64,000 nucleotides of DNA from Octopus vulgaris (taxonomy: Eukaryota). Below, piece after piece: positions 42,341 through 57,349 of the stretch. The number at the start of each line of letters is the position of its first letter. Positions within the stretch are counted from its first letter, which is position 1. A model generated the notes under the pieces. That model was not told where the DNA came from and did no database searches. It saw nothing but the letters and a program-made list of their open reading frames with translations. The stretch spans positions 10,974,001 through 11,038,000 of the forward strand of contig OX597835.1 of the NCBI GenBank assembly GCA_951406725.2. Reading direction: 5' to 3'. The position numbers and the translations under genes were made by a program.

Positions 42341-42600
42341 GGTTAGAGATAGTTTTAGACACACATATGGAAAAAAAGGAGAATATATGCTTATGTACAC
42401 AGAAACACACACATTGACATACAAATACCAATGCATACTTACACATATGGACACACACACACACACACAAAGTTAGAGATAGTTTTAGACACACATGGAA
42501 AAAAAAGGAAGAGAATATATGCTTATGTTCACAGAAACACACACATAGACATACAAATACCTATGCATACATACATAGACATAGACACACACATACACAC

Positions 42601-42642
<42 letters not shown>

Positions 42643-42697
42643 TGTTGTTTTAGAAAAACAAATTTGGAGAAGAAATGCACTCTAAGAAGTAGAGTAG

Positions 42698-43160
42698 TCT
42701 ATATTTATTACTGGTGAAGGATTGTTTATAGGGTTACCCTGGGTTCCTTGCCATAAAGAGTACTTTTAAGGCATATCTTCTGACCCTAAGACCTTTTGGC
42801 CTATGACCTCTTTAAAATGTGGAGGGAGAAACGGTACCTGTAAACAATGGGGATTACCTCCCTTAGGTGCTGGTCATCACTTCGTCCTCTTCAGTCATTT
42901 CATCTGTCGGCTGTGAGGGTAAAAGGTAAGGGGTTATCCCCTACTCTCATCAGCAGTCAATTTTCAGTACCTAAGGGAAACCAGCACCTAAGGGAGATAA
43001 TCCTCATTGTTTATCTCTGTATCGTTTCTCCCTCCATATTTTAAAGAGGCCATAGGTCAACAGGTCTTAGGGTCTGAAGATACACCGTAAAAGTGCCCTT
43101 TATGGCAAGAAACTCATGGTAATCCTATAAATTGGCCTTCATCAGTAATTGATATATAGA
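42698..43160. repeat. Long imperfect inverted repeat (~177-bp arms, 105-bp structured spacer)
   Basis: Arms 42698-42874 and 42980-43160 align as reverse complements with mostly transition differences. Confidence 0.9.
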
Positions 43161-44383
43161 AATAATTGAGATTCAGTTGAATCAGGTACTTGAGTTGAAG
43201 CACCAAGTTAATGTGGTATTATCTGTACAACTCAAAGTAAGGTGAATAAAATCAAAATGAGCAACAAGATATCAAGATGTGATGTACTACGACTGTTTCA
43301 AGCAGCTCCATTTAATTGAACAATGCAATCATTACATGAATTTAAATGCAGGGCTATCCTCAGCTGCATAAATAAATAGAATTTTTAATCAGTTGCACAC
43401 TTTAATATAATTTTACTTAAATTCTCTAATAGAGTAAGAAGAGGGGAAAAAAGCTCAGAATCTACATTTCTAAGAAGTGCATGAAGTGTGTTAGGGTCAT
43501 GGCTTGTAAAGGATTGTGGTTCACTTTTAATTTATTACCCTTTTTTATCAACTACCAAATCGAAGGCTAGAAGCACAGTGTCTTTTTAGAATGGATAGAC
43601 AGAGTGAGTTGACAGTTTATAGTTGTGTATAGTCATAAATATTGTCAGGATTTTAGGAAATGTATTAGTAATTGTCTACAAAGGAGGCTAGGTAGGAGAA
43701 GACCCTAAATCAAGATGTTAAATTACCAGTTAAAGGGGCAAGATGCTAATAAAACCTATGATGTTAATACAGAGGAAATTACCATGGGGTATAATGGATG
43801 ATTGTATATAAACAATATTGTTATGCAATATGAAGATAAAATTTAAGATTACTAAAAATGAATAGATAAACTGTGTATATATACCAATTTTCACAATTAG
43901 AAAAGGAAGATTACATAGAATTAGTTTAATATTCATTCCTGTACTTAATTATTTACTTTGTTTCCACTTACAAAAAATAAGTCCTGGGGTCGATTTCTTT
44001 GATTAAAAGGCAGTGCTCCAGCATGGCCACAGTGAAATGACTGAAACAAGTAAAAGAATAAAAGAATTATTGCTGTAGTTGTTTAGCCTTCGGCAGGTTT
44101 GAGTAAGCAGACATTTGGTGAGAAAGATTCCGGCCATGTTCTAATCATTTAGGGGCTATAGGAGGGGAAGGGGGTTCAGCCAGTTTATTTGTTCAGCATC
44201 GTGTGAGCCATGAACAGGGCAGATCCATGAATATCTAAAGGGTCACTCCTTAAAAGAAAACCTTGCAGCTATCCTGTGTTTTGAGAGGAGACCCATCCCT
44301 CCTGACCCAAAAGCCGTCTTGTTCCACCTTACCATTTCTGTCAGGGACCCTTATGAATGTTTCATCTTTTTGAAGGCCCCAAT

Positions 44384-45499
44384 GACCATTCCACTTTCTC
44401 TCTGTGTCTAGATCTCAACATCAAATGCAACCCTTCCTTTTTTAAGTCCATATGTGTAAATTAAGTGTGATTTGGCTGCTGTTGTTAGTATGTTGAGTGA
44501 CTGCATAGAGGTTCCCTCATTGTAAACGATAGATATGACCATTCCACCTTCTCTCTGTGTCTAGATCTCAACATCAAATACAACCCTTCTTTTTTTAAGT
44601 CCATATTTGGCTGCTGTTGTGTAAATTAAGTGTGACTTGGACCATTCCACCTTCTGTGTCTGCAAATGCACCTTGTTGTTAGTATGTTGTGTGACTGCAT
44701 AGAGGTTCCCTCATTGTAAACGATAGATATGACCATTCCACCTTTTCTCTGTGTCTAGATCTCAACATCAAATGCAACCATTCCTTTTTTTTAAGTCCAT
44801 ATGTGTAAATTAAGTGTGATTTGGCTGCTGTTGTTAGTATGTTGAGTGACTGCATAGAGGTTCCCTCATTGTAAACGATAGATATGACCATTCCACCTTC
44901 TCTCTGTGTCTAGATCTTAACATCAAATACAACCCTTCTTTTTTTAAGTCCATATGTGTAAATTAAGTGTGACTTGGCTGCTGTTGTTAGTATGTTGAGT
45001 GACTGCATAGAGGTTCCCTCATTGTAAACGATAGATATGACCATTCCACCTTCTCTCTGTGTCTAGATCTTAACATCAAATACAACCCTTCTTTTTTTTA
45101 AGTCCATATGTGTAAATTAAGTGTGACTTGGCTGCTGTTGTTAGTATGTTGTGTGACTGCATAGAGGTTCCCTCATTGTAAACGATAGATATGACCATTC
45201 CACCTTCTCTCTGTGTCTAGATCTCAACATCAAATGCAACCCTTCCTTTTTTAAGTCCATATGTGTAAATTAAGTGTGACTTGGCTGCTGTTGTTAGTAT
45301 GTTGAGTGACTGCATAGAGGTTCTCTCATTGTAAACGATAGATATGACCATTCCACCTTCTCTCTGTGTCTAGATCTCAACATCAAATGCAACCCTTCCT
45401 TTTTTAAGTCCATATGTGTAAATTAAGTGTGACTTGGCTGCTGTTGTTAGTATGTTGTGTGACTGCATAGAGGTTCCCTCATTGTAAACGATAGATATG
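44384..45499. repeat. 153-bp tandem repeat, about 7 units
   Basis: gaccattccac at 44384, 44537, 44731, 44886, 45039, 45193 and 45346; the second unit is scrambled. Confidence 0.95.
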
Positions 45500-46213
45500 T
45501 TGTTTCCTGCAGATATTGATCTTTATTTAGCAAAAAGAGAAATCAATAATAAATGAAGCATGCAGTGTGTAATGACCAATAACCAATAGAATATATAATG
45601 GTTGGAAATTCTATGAAGGATGAACCCATAGAAAATAATTTCGAAGAACATGGGAGAGTGTAAGGTGAAGAACTTCCACATGCAGATGAAATTACAGTTC
45701 TAAAACTTCCGCTCAGAGTTCAGTATGTATATATAATAAGATTAGCGATAGAGCCATTCGTATCAGATATAGAAAACATGTTTTACTATAATGAGATGGA
45801 AATCACGTTAAGATTATAAACACTTGCTAACAGTAATGGCGTTAACGATAATTATGGTGTTAACTTCACTGCTCCCTGGGCTTTTTGGCTTTTTTTGGGT
45901 TTTTTTTGTTGTTGTTATATCGCATACTATGTAAATCTTTCAACATGAAAGGAACTTGCCCCAGTAGCATGCCCTTCGCCAAAAGGGGTCAGCCATGTCA
46001 CATTACCGTGAATCTGTTTGACTGAGATGCAGACTTCAACCTTAGCTAAATCTGAATTTAGCTACGCAACTTCAGAAATGTTTTTTACAGAAAAAAATGT
46101 AGAGGAGATTCATACTTTTTGCATTAATGAGGGACTGATTAAACTAACGAATAAAGAATTCATTCATATTTTCCTGCCAATAAGTCTGCTAAAATACATA
46201 TATGTACATATGT

Positions 46214-46264
<51 letters not shown>

Positions 46265-46272
46265 CATACATA

Positions 46273-46325
<53 letters not shown>

Positions 46326-46426
46326 ACATATATATATATATATATCATATTATTAATGCTTTCTTGCATTGGCATATAGCCATAAATGGTGTGAATGGAG
46401 AGGTGATAAACCTGGAACATATGTAA

Positions 46427-46476
<50 letters not shown>

Positions 46477-46668
46477 CAATATTAACAATAGCAACAATAT
46501 ATTTAATGTATTATATAGATGGGCAGGTGGGTAGGTTGGTAGATAGGTGGACATTTTTATTTGTTGGGAAATCTTATGAATGAAATTAAAATCAGTGAAT
46601 TGGTCAAAAGAGTTAATGTACTTAAAATGTTTTATAGAATTTTCTTAGAATCAAAAATAAAACAACAG

Positions 46669-46735
<67 letters not shown>

Positions 46736-46759
46736 TGATAACAATAATGATGATTTATA

Positions 46760-47700
46760 CTATAAGCACAAAGCACAAATTTAGTGGGGAGGGGACTAGA
46801 CTAGTTGATTATATTGACCCCAGTGCTTCACTGGTACTTAATTTATCAACCCCGAAAGGATGAAGGGCAAAGTCGAACTTGGTGGAATTTGAACACAGAA
46901 CACAGCAATGGATGAAATACTGCTAAGCATTTCATGTGGTGTACTAATGATTCTGCCAGCTCGCAGTCTTAATAATAATTATAATAATTATAATAATTTT
47001 TTTGTGTTGGTGTAAAAGATGGGGTACTGTAAGTATTCTGCTTCATACCACAGATTTGCTTGCCATTTGTTTGACCTTAACCAATTCCTTACCAGCTGTT
47101 GATATGTGCATCTCTGATAATGAGCAGAAGTAGTGGGAGGGAGCATCATAGCCTTGTTAAGGGGGATTCTTTGAGCTTTAAATAATTCATCTCTGGAAAC
47201 ATAGGTGTTTTATTCATCATCCTTAAACAACCTTCATTCCAGGACCTTTTGAGCAGGATGGGCTACTTGATCTGAAGAAAATTCTATCAGGGCCCTATCT
47301 GCAAGGTCATGCATTGTTTATCTTTCTATGAGATCACCATGTTGCACACATGGATGTGATGCATGTGCATGGTGTACCCTTATCAGATGGGTAGTCATGA
47401 TGGGTATACTGGGTTTCTTATATTTATACCCCAGTGTCACTTTGATGGCAAGCATTGCTCTTTCACTCAGTAATAAAAATAATAATCCTTTCTACTATAT
47501 GCACAAAGCCTGAAATGTTGGGTGAGGGGCTAGTCAATTGCATCAACCTTAGTGCATGACTGGTCCTTATTTCATCGACCCCAAAAGGACGAAAGGCAAA
47601 GTTGACACCAGTGGAATTTGAACAGAGAACATAAGAACAGATGAAATACCTCTAAGCATTTTGCCCTCCGTGCTAACAATTTTGGCTGCTCTCCACCTTC
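46760..47700. mobile_element. Two SINE family B copies (-) flanking the 3' end of a retroelement (+, ~47010-47480) with a (TAA)n tail
   Basis: Family B cores at ~46800-46970 and 47530-47700. The terminus tttgatggca..gctctttcactcagtaataa recurs at ~52433-52470. Confidence 0.65.
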
Positions 47701-48883
47701 AGTGATAATAATAACAAGCTTATTGTCTACAGTGCTCAGGTTCACTGCATCTTAAGAGAAAGGGGTTAAAAAAGGGGGGTCAGAAAGCAAGACTAAGTCA
47801 GGTAAAGAATGACAGCAATGATATCCAAAAATATGTGCCCAGTAGACAGGATAAAACACAAGAAGAGAGAGACGTGAACAGTAAAAGCGCTGCAGAGAGG
47901 ACAAAGATCTGAGAGGGATGACAGGGGTTGTGTTGGGGAATTTAGGGAAGAATGAGCTAAAGACAAATTGCAATATTTGTTTAGGTGTATGATTTCTAAA
48001 GTAGATGATGACACCAGCAAGCAGAATCGTTAGCGAGCAGAATCGTTAGCGAGCAGAATCGTTTGCGAGCAGAATCGTTAGCGAGCAGAAGCGTTAGCAA
48101 GCAGAATCATTATCATGCTGGACAAAATTCTCCACAGCATTTTGTTTATCTTTATGTTCTGAGTTCAACTTTGCTTTTATGCATTCGGGGTCAATAAAAT
48201 AGATGGAGTTGAGTACTGGGGTTTGCGTAATCGACTGACCTCTGCCCCCGAAATTGCTGGCCTTGTGCCAAAATTTGAACCCAATATTTGTTTAGGTGTT
48301 TGGTTCCTGATATAAATGGTGATGCCAGTAGGGTGACATTTCTGATTAGTTTTCTTTTCTCTGGTCACTAAGGTGGTGAAGTGATTAGCCAATGGGGGCC
48401 AAGTGCTTGTCCACAGTCACTATCATGAACCATAATGCTTTAATCTCCAGTCACTAAGTCCTCCCAGTTGTGTATACAGAACCAACAGATCAATAAATAT
48501 TATTGGTTTACAATTCAGTTTTTCCATTGAGCGAATTTATACTAAAAAAACCCAAAAAACAAATAAAGAAAACCCTATCTCTGGTAGATCGTCATTAAGT
48601 GAAGTGAAGAATTTTCTATTATTCTGTTACCATTCCAGCACCGGAAGACAAACTTTGGATCTATGAATTCTTGTGATTTGGTAAATAATTAGATTAGCTT
48701 CACTTCTCTTTGTCTTGGAGGGAAATTTACTGTAACTTTCTTTCGTTATTTTGTTTTTGCTTTTTTTTTTATTGACTTTATCATAAATTGAACTTGCTTC
48801 AGTGAAGCACAGAAATGAAATAGAGTTAGGAACAGCTGCACCGATTCCATTGGACTGCAGAGAATAAATGTTTTCCCAGTGTT

Positions 48884-49009
48884 TCTTCTTCTTCTTCTTC
48901 TTCTTCTTCTTCTTCTTCTTCTTCTTCTTCTTCTTCTTCTTCTTCTTCTTCTTCTTCTTCTCCTTCTTCTTCTCCTTCTTTTTCTTCTTCTTCTTCTTCT
49001 TCTTCTCTT

Positions 49010-49040
<31 letters not shown>
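48884..49040. repeat. (CTT)n microsatellite
   Basis: Direct reading; another at 28745-28810. Confidence 0.95.
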
Positions 49041-49341
49041 ACCTTCTCTCTCTCTCCTTCCTTCTTCTCCTCTCTCTCCTCCTTTCCCTCCTCTCCCCTC
49101 TCCTTCCTCTCTCCTCTCCCTTATTTCTCCCTCCTCCCTGATCAAAATCAATCAACTGCCCCCTTTCTATGTATAACTATCAAGAATTTCATTATCATTT
49201 GTGTTCTTATTTCAAATAGTTTTGAGAGGGATGCACAGTCAGCTGCTCTTTCTAGCTGGCTGAGTGGCCATGTTGCTGAATGTCTGTAAGACAAGAAAAA
49301 ACGTTCTCTATAGTATTTTGCATACTATATTTAATGGTAAT

Positions 49342-49554
49342 AAGGCAGCGAGCTGGCTGAATCATTAGCACACTAGACAAAATGCTTAGCAGCCTTCTGT
49401 CCATCTTTACGTTCTGAGTTCAAATTCTGCCTAGGCTGATTTTGCCTTTTGTCCTTTTGGGTCGATGAAATAAGTACCAGTCGAACACTGGGGTCGATGT
49501 AATCAACGAGCACCCCTCCCTCAAAGTTTCAGGCCTTGTGCTAAAATTTTAAAC

Positions 49555-49560
<6 letters not shown>
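49342..49560 (+). mobile_element. SINE family B, full length, (ATT)n tail
   Basis: aaggcagcgagctggctgaatcattagc...caggccttgtgc...attattatt. Confidence 0.85.
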
Positions 49561-49594
<34 letters not shown>

Positions 49595-50705
49595 TAGGCA
49601 TCTGATGCCGGCACCCCAGAACTCAAGTGCTAATGAAGTGGTAGACAGCTGGCTGCAGGACAAGCAACTGCCACCAGTCATCAGCAACGATGGGGCCCTA
49701 GTGAGGGGTTGTGAATTGAGTCTCCTTGTGAGGAGGTTTATATAAAAGTGAATAAGTCTTTGGTTTCTTTAATAATAATACTACCATTAAAACTGAGCCT
49801 TATTACCATCAAACTCCATCTAATCCATTTTTCTACGATAGCATGGATTAGATGGAGATTTTTGAGGCTGGATATTACAGCTGGATGCTCTTCCTATCAC
49901 CAACCCTAACAGTTTTTCAAGTTAGGACTGTTTTTTTTTTTATTATTCCACAGGTCTAGGGGGGCTTTGAATAGAAGTAGTACCTTTTGGTGTCTGGCAG
50001 CTCTACCTTGCCTGGGATGATCGATCAGACAGACATCACCGGTCCTTGTTCGACTTCTAATCTCACATTTGATGAGGCCTAGCCCCACACCCCAACACCT
50101 CACTTCAGGCGATTGTGTTAACACTACACCTGTACATGAAAGACTCCAGGTAACGCTTCCTAAGGAGTCACTGGCTTGGTCAGAGGAACCTACTTAGGTC
50201 AATGGCCTAGTGTTTACCACCAAGGTGTGTCCCAGGCAGAAGAATATGGTTGTGGCTTGGAAAAGAATGAGTGCTGCCAAGCTAACTTGCCCATGAAATA
50301 TTCACGATGATGACAATTGGACCAGATCCCATACCAGTTTGGTCATTGCCTGGGTTAGCAGCAATGGGTGGACAGACCTCAGCTTCACTGATTCACAAAG
50401 GACAGCAGAAAACAAAGAGATACGACGGAATTTGGTTGCAACAGCATCGATAAATGCCTCAATGACCACATGATCAAGGGATCAGAATGAAGGAAGGAAG
50501 GAAGGTTTTGGAAGCTATAGTGTGACCCCTTGAGAGCATCAACAAGGAATGTCAACATCAGATCACCATTTCATTCAGCTGGTGACAAGTAATACTTTGG
50601 AGTATTAATATTTGCATGCACAATGCATGCGCACATGCACGCATGCATGCGTGCACACACTCACACACATATACACATGAGAGGTTTTTGTTTACCACAT
50701 TCACT

Positions 50706-51085
50706 CACCGTCCGAATGTGGCCGATGCCAGCGCTGCCTCGACTGGCTCCAGTGCCGGTGGCACATAAAAAGCACCATCCAAACGTGGCCGTTGCCAGCG
50801 CTGCCTTGGCTGGCTTCCGTGCCGGTGGCACGTTAAAAGCTCCAACCGATCGTGGCCGATGCCGGACCCCCCCCCCCTGGCACCTGTGCAGGTGGCACGT
50901 AAAAAGCACCAACTACACTCGTGGAGTGGTTGGTGTTGGGAAGGGCATCCAGCTGTAGAAACTCTGCCAGATCAGACTGGAGCCTGGAGCAGCCCCTGGC
51001 TTCCCAGACTCCGGTCGAACCGTCCAACCCATGCTAGCGCGGAAAACGGATGTTAAACGATGATGATGATGATGATGATGATGAT
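50706..51085 (+). mobile_element. Family D retroelement with three divergent structural modules and RTE-type tail
   Basis: Homologous to 19315-19948; ends in (GAT)n. Confidence 0.85.
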
Positions 51086-51879
51086 GGCATTGGTTGGTTT
51101 CAGATTAAAGCAGAAGACACTGGCCCACTTTGCCCTGATGTCGGACTGAACCTGAAACCAGATGGTTGCAAAGCAAACATCCTAACCAAATAACCATAAA
51201 AATTTGGAACTTCAGAAGTTCAAAGAGAAGGAATGGCTTTATGTTTATGAATTTGTTTTGTGTTGTGAAACAAAGCAATTGCTTAGCTGTGATGACAGCA
51301 TCAAAGCAGACTGGAATCGGCTAACGCGTGTCAGAATGGCTTTCTTGTTTGCTGAAAGTCATGTAATGCCATAACAAAATGAGGAATTTGATTGGACAGA
51401 AGAATGAATTAATTTGCTGGAATAAAAGGCAATGTATGACAGCTAACTGAAGTATGGAACAGTGACCTCAAATCGAAAATTGACCCCTCTTCCGTCCTAG
51501 TTTCACGATTTCCTCAGGAAGTTTGACAGCATTATTCTGCAATCAGTACCAGCAGCTTTGTAGCTGGTTGTAATTCAAGAATTTATCCATATTAAATGTG
51601 GGTGCGGTGTAGGAATGGTTGGAGGAGAAAGTGGGCGAGAGTGAATGAAGATATCTAAAACTACAATAATTTATTTGTAGAACACCGTTTCACAGTTGAC
51701 AGTCACAAGTATTTGGTAACGTTGGCGTAATAAATAGTTACCATTATTTAGTTCCAGTTCTATCAATACGTAAGTTCAAGTTCTGTAAGCATCTTCAAGT
51801 TTCTGGATTGACAAAGTAGATATTAGGAATATTCAGCCATTTCTATTACAACCCTGAGAAACAGGTGCTTTCTCAGAAG

Positions 51880-52300
51880 GTGTGGCTGTGTGGTAAGAAG
51901 TTTTTTTTGTCAACCACATGGTTCTAGGTTCAATCCCACTGTACAGCAGCATGGTCAAGTATCTTCTACTATAACCACAACCAACTAAAGCCTTGTGAAT
52001 GGATTTGGTAGATGGAAACTGAAAGAAGCCTGTCTTATATGCATGTGCTTATGTGTTTGTGCATGTGTGTGTGTATGTCTGTTTGTGTGTGTGTGTGTGT
52101 TTGTTCCCTACTACCACTTGACAACAGGTGTTGGTGTGTTTATGTCCCTATAACTTAGCAGTCTGACAAAAGAAACTGATAGACTTAATACCAGGCTTTA
52201 AAAAAAAAATAAGTACTTGCCTTAATTAATTTAACTAAAATTCTCCAACGTGGTGTCCCAGCATGGCCACCACAGTCTAATAACTGACGCAAGTCGAAGA
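51880..52300 (+). mobile_element. SINE family A (older copy)
   Basis: Head tggctgtgtggtaagaag through tail cagcatggcc. Confidence 0.85.
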
Positions 52301-52889
52301 TAGAAGATGATGATGGTTGTGGTGGCAGTGGCGGCGGTGGTGGTGGTGGTGGTGGTGGTGGTTTTGATTCTAATTTCAGCTGAAGGCCAACAATTTAAAG
52401 GGGAGGGACAGGTTGACACCCCCCCCCAGTAATTTGATGGCATGCACTGCTCTTTCACTCAGTAATAATAACAACAATAATGGTTTCAAATTTTGGCACG
52501 AGGCCATCAGTTTTGGGCAAGTATCAATTGGTACTTATTTTATTGACCCTCAAAGGACGACAGGCAAAGTCAACCTCGTTGGCGTTTGAACTCAGAACAT
52601 AAAACTAGAAGAAATGCTGATGCAACAGCAATTCTGTCAGCTAATAATATTGCTGTGATTGTATGGAATTGCAGTTTGCTGTACAAAATAGCAGCTAGTG
52701 TTGTTATCCTACATTACAAATTGAAATTAGCTTGAAGGGCCTACCCTACCCCCTGCCTTCCAAAATTGTAACAGAAATCAAACATATGTAGAAATATTCA
52801 GTTTTGACTATAACACAGATGAAATGGTACTGGCAGAGGGAAATGGGGGAAGAATGAAAATACACCCCAGAATGGGAAATGGTTCTTAA

Positions 52890-54460
<1,571 letters not shown>

Positions 54461-55059
54461 ATGGGTGTATAGAAAATAAATTAGAATAAAGTAAAAAAAA
54501 AAAAGTGAAGTTATGCAATGAAAATAGGAGAATATGGTTTATTTGGAAAATTGTGTATTTGTACTCATTGTTATTCTTTCCTCCCTGACACTGCTGCCCT
54601 CTATAAACCTATTGATCAGTTTATGAAAGAGCTGGGGTGGTGGTGGTGATGGGGGTGGGGGGGTCAGAGCTATCGGTGTCGGCAAAAACATTCAAACACT
54701 TCACTAAACGACTTACGGCAACCGTCTTCGTTGTTTCGTTTGCTAATTTCTCACCGTATATTTCTCTCGTTCCCACTGTCTGTCTGTGCGTCTCCTATTG
54801 ATCTTATCTTTTTATTCTTGAGGTTTATTGTTTATTTTTTGTTTTGTTTTTTGCTTTTACTTGTTACAGTCATTGGACTGCGACCGTGCTGGGGCACTGT
54901 CTTAAAGTGTTTAGTCATACAAATTGACCCCGTTATTTATTTTATTAAGTTTGGTACTTATTAGAGTATTAGAGATGTAAACAAACCAACACTGGTTGTC
55001 AAGCAGTGGGTGGGGTGGGGGAGGCAAACACAAATAAAAAACACATGCTCATATACATA

Positions 55060-55101
<42 letters not shown>

Positions 55102-56285
55102 AAGAAAGTTAGGGGTTGTGGAACCAACCCACTAAGGGATAGTATTTATCCAATATGCTGTTGGTATAATACTCAATTATTAATACACAAGTGTTTTTAA
55201 TTGCATTGCAATTAACTTACCTATGGTAGGCTTCTTTCAATTTCTGTCTACCAAATTTGCTCACTGCTTACCCATGCAAACATTGAAAAATAATTATGAT
55301 GATAGCAGTAATGATGATAATGATGAGGGAGAAGCAGGCAACCTTCCTTCAATGGTTTGTTATTCAGCCTCCACCTAACAAGGCTTGGTTTGAGCAGAAG
55401 AGATTTGGGCAACATGCTCTCCTTTAGAATTGACCTATAATACTATGTAGTTATGAAACCACCTTCTGAAACACACAACCATGCCAACACACACACACAA
55501 CACACATTGGTGCTGTGCATGGTATCAGGTATCACAATTAGGTGGGAACATTTGGCCATGTTTAAACAAATTGGGTGTAATCAAATGATTACAGTAGCTC
55601 CCTTCTTTTTCGGATGTAGATATAGACATCAAACACCCCACTTACACTGCCAGACACTTCCTTCTTTTCTGCTTCAGAAAAAACTGGGTTACTATCATCA
55701 ACATTGGCATAATGAATGACAGAACTGGGAGGATTGTAGAAGTACCATAGTTGAGGCAAGCAAATGTGTGTTTTGTGCAGGAGATAAGATGGTGGGAAGC
55801 CTCATCTGAATACCTAACAGGACTGATGTAGTTAAGGACAGCATTAGTAGATTACAGTTTTGATTGCCTACTTTTAGAATATGATCAACAACATGAATTT
55901 GTTTTATGATGTGGAGAAATCACAATGATATTTGCCAATGATATCTGTCTGTTTTGACAGAATATCAATAGTCTTTGTGGTGGATGTTGAAATCTCGACA
56001 TATGTCGATGTCAGCCAATGGACATAACTAAAATTTTATCAATTTAGTGTGTAGTTAGATCAATAGCTGCACAACCATAATTCTTAGGTTTGTAAAGAGT
56101 AAATATAAAAAGCTACAGCATGTAGAAGAGCCAGTCTGAAGAATATGATGGGAAAGTCAACACCTTCAAGAAACATATTCCTTCTGTATAGTAATTGAGT
56201 ATGGGCATGAGGTATGTGATTAGGGTAAGCATGAGGATTCATGGTAACAACTTGGGGTGTTAAACTCCCTCTTTGAAATTTTTGG

Positions 56286-56705
56286 GTGTGGCTGTGTGGT
56301 AAGAAGCTTGTTTCCCAACCATATGGTTCTGGGTTCAGTCCTACAGCATAGCAAGTCTCCTCTACTTTAGTCTCGGGCCGACCAAAGCCTTGTGAGTGGA
56401 TTTAGTAGACGGAAAATGAAAGAAGCCTGTCGTGTATATATATGTATGTATGTATATATTTGTGTGTGTGTGTGTCTTTATGTCTGTGTTTGTCTCCCCA
56501 CCATTGCTTGACATCCGATGTTGGTGTGTTTGCATCCCTGTAACTTTGGTGGTTTGGCAGAAAAGACCAATGGAAGAAGTACTAGTCTTACAGAGAATAA
56601 GTCATGGGGGGGGGGGGGTCGATTTCTTCAACTAAAAGAACCCTTAAAGGCGGTGCTCCAGCATGGCTGCAGTCAAATGAGTGAAACAAGTAATAAAGTA
56701 AAAGA
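56286..56705 (+). mobile_element. SINE family A
   Basis: Collinear with 35264-35884 apart from the insert. Confidence 0.85.
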
Positions 56706-56961
56706 AACTAACAAAAACAAATTCTAGAATCTTATTTGGATTTGTTATTCTTTTCTGTCTCAAATCGATTGTCTTATGTGAAGTAGGCAACCACTTTCTA
56801 ATATGGGCCTCTGCTAAAGAAAGCCTATTCACCCCCATCATCATCATCAGCAGCAGCAGCAGTAGCAGCAGCAGCACCAATATTGTCACCATGGTTGTCT
56901 TTATCATCATCATCATCGTCATCATTGTTGCCATCATGATCACATCATTGCCAGTATCATG

Positions 56962-56995
<34 letters not shown>

Positions 56996-57037
56996 TGTTA
57001 TCATTATAATTATTATTGCCTTCATTGTTGTTATCAC

Positions 57038-57075
<38 letters not shown>

Positions 57076-57349
57076 CCAACAGTCTGAGCCCATGATCTAA
57101 ACACTTGTCCCCTGAAAGTCGCTCTGTATCACCATCCATATATTCCTGTCCCCCACATTTTCCCAGAACCACACTGTTCTACAGTGCCACCGTGCCATAA
57201 TCAACATCTGAGAACACCTTCTGGCCTTTGAACTTTTTTACTCTGCAAAAAGTGAATCTCCAGTTGAAGAACATCACCACTTTCTCTCAGTGAATTCCTC
57301 AATGGATTTCAATTTAAAACTTCATTAAAAATTACTTCATTAAGTCTTT

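Noticed and set aside
42900-42960. CTGATGA on the minus strand in the spacer of the large inverted repeat as a hammerhead
   Set aside because: No GAAA directly after a closing stem II, so the topology does not fit.
55450-56260. Possible very old LINE RT remnant (IFANDI resembling FADD)
   Set aside because: Too degenerate to support from a single motif; BLASTx would be needed.
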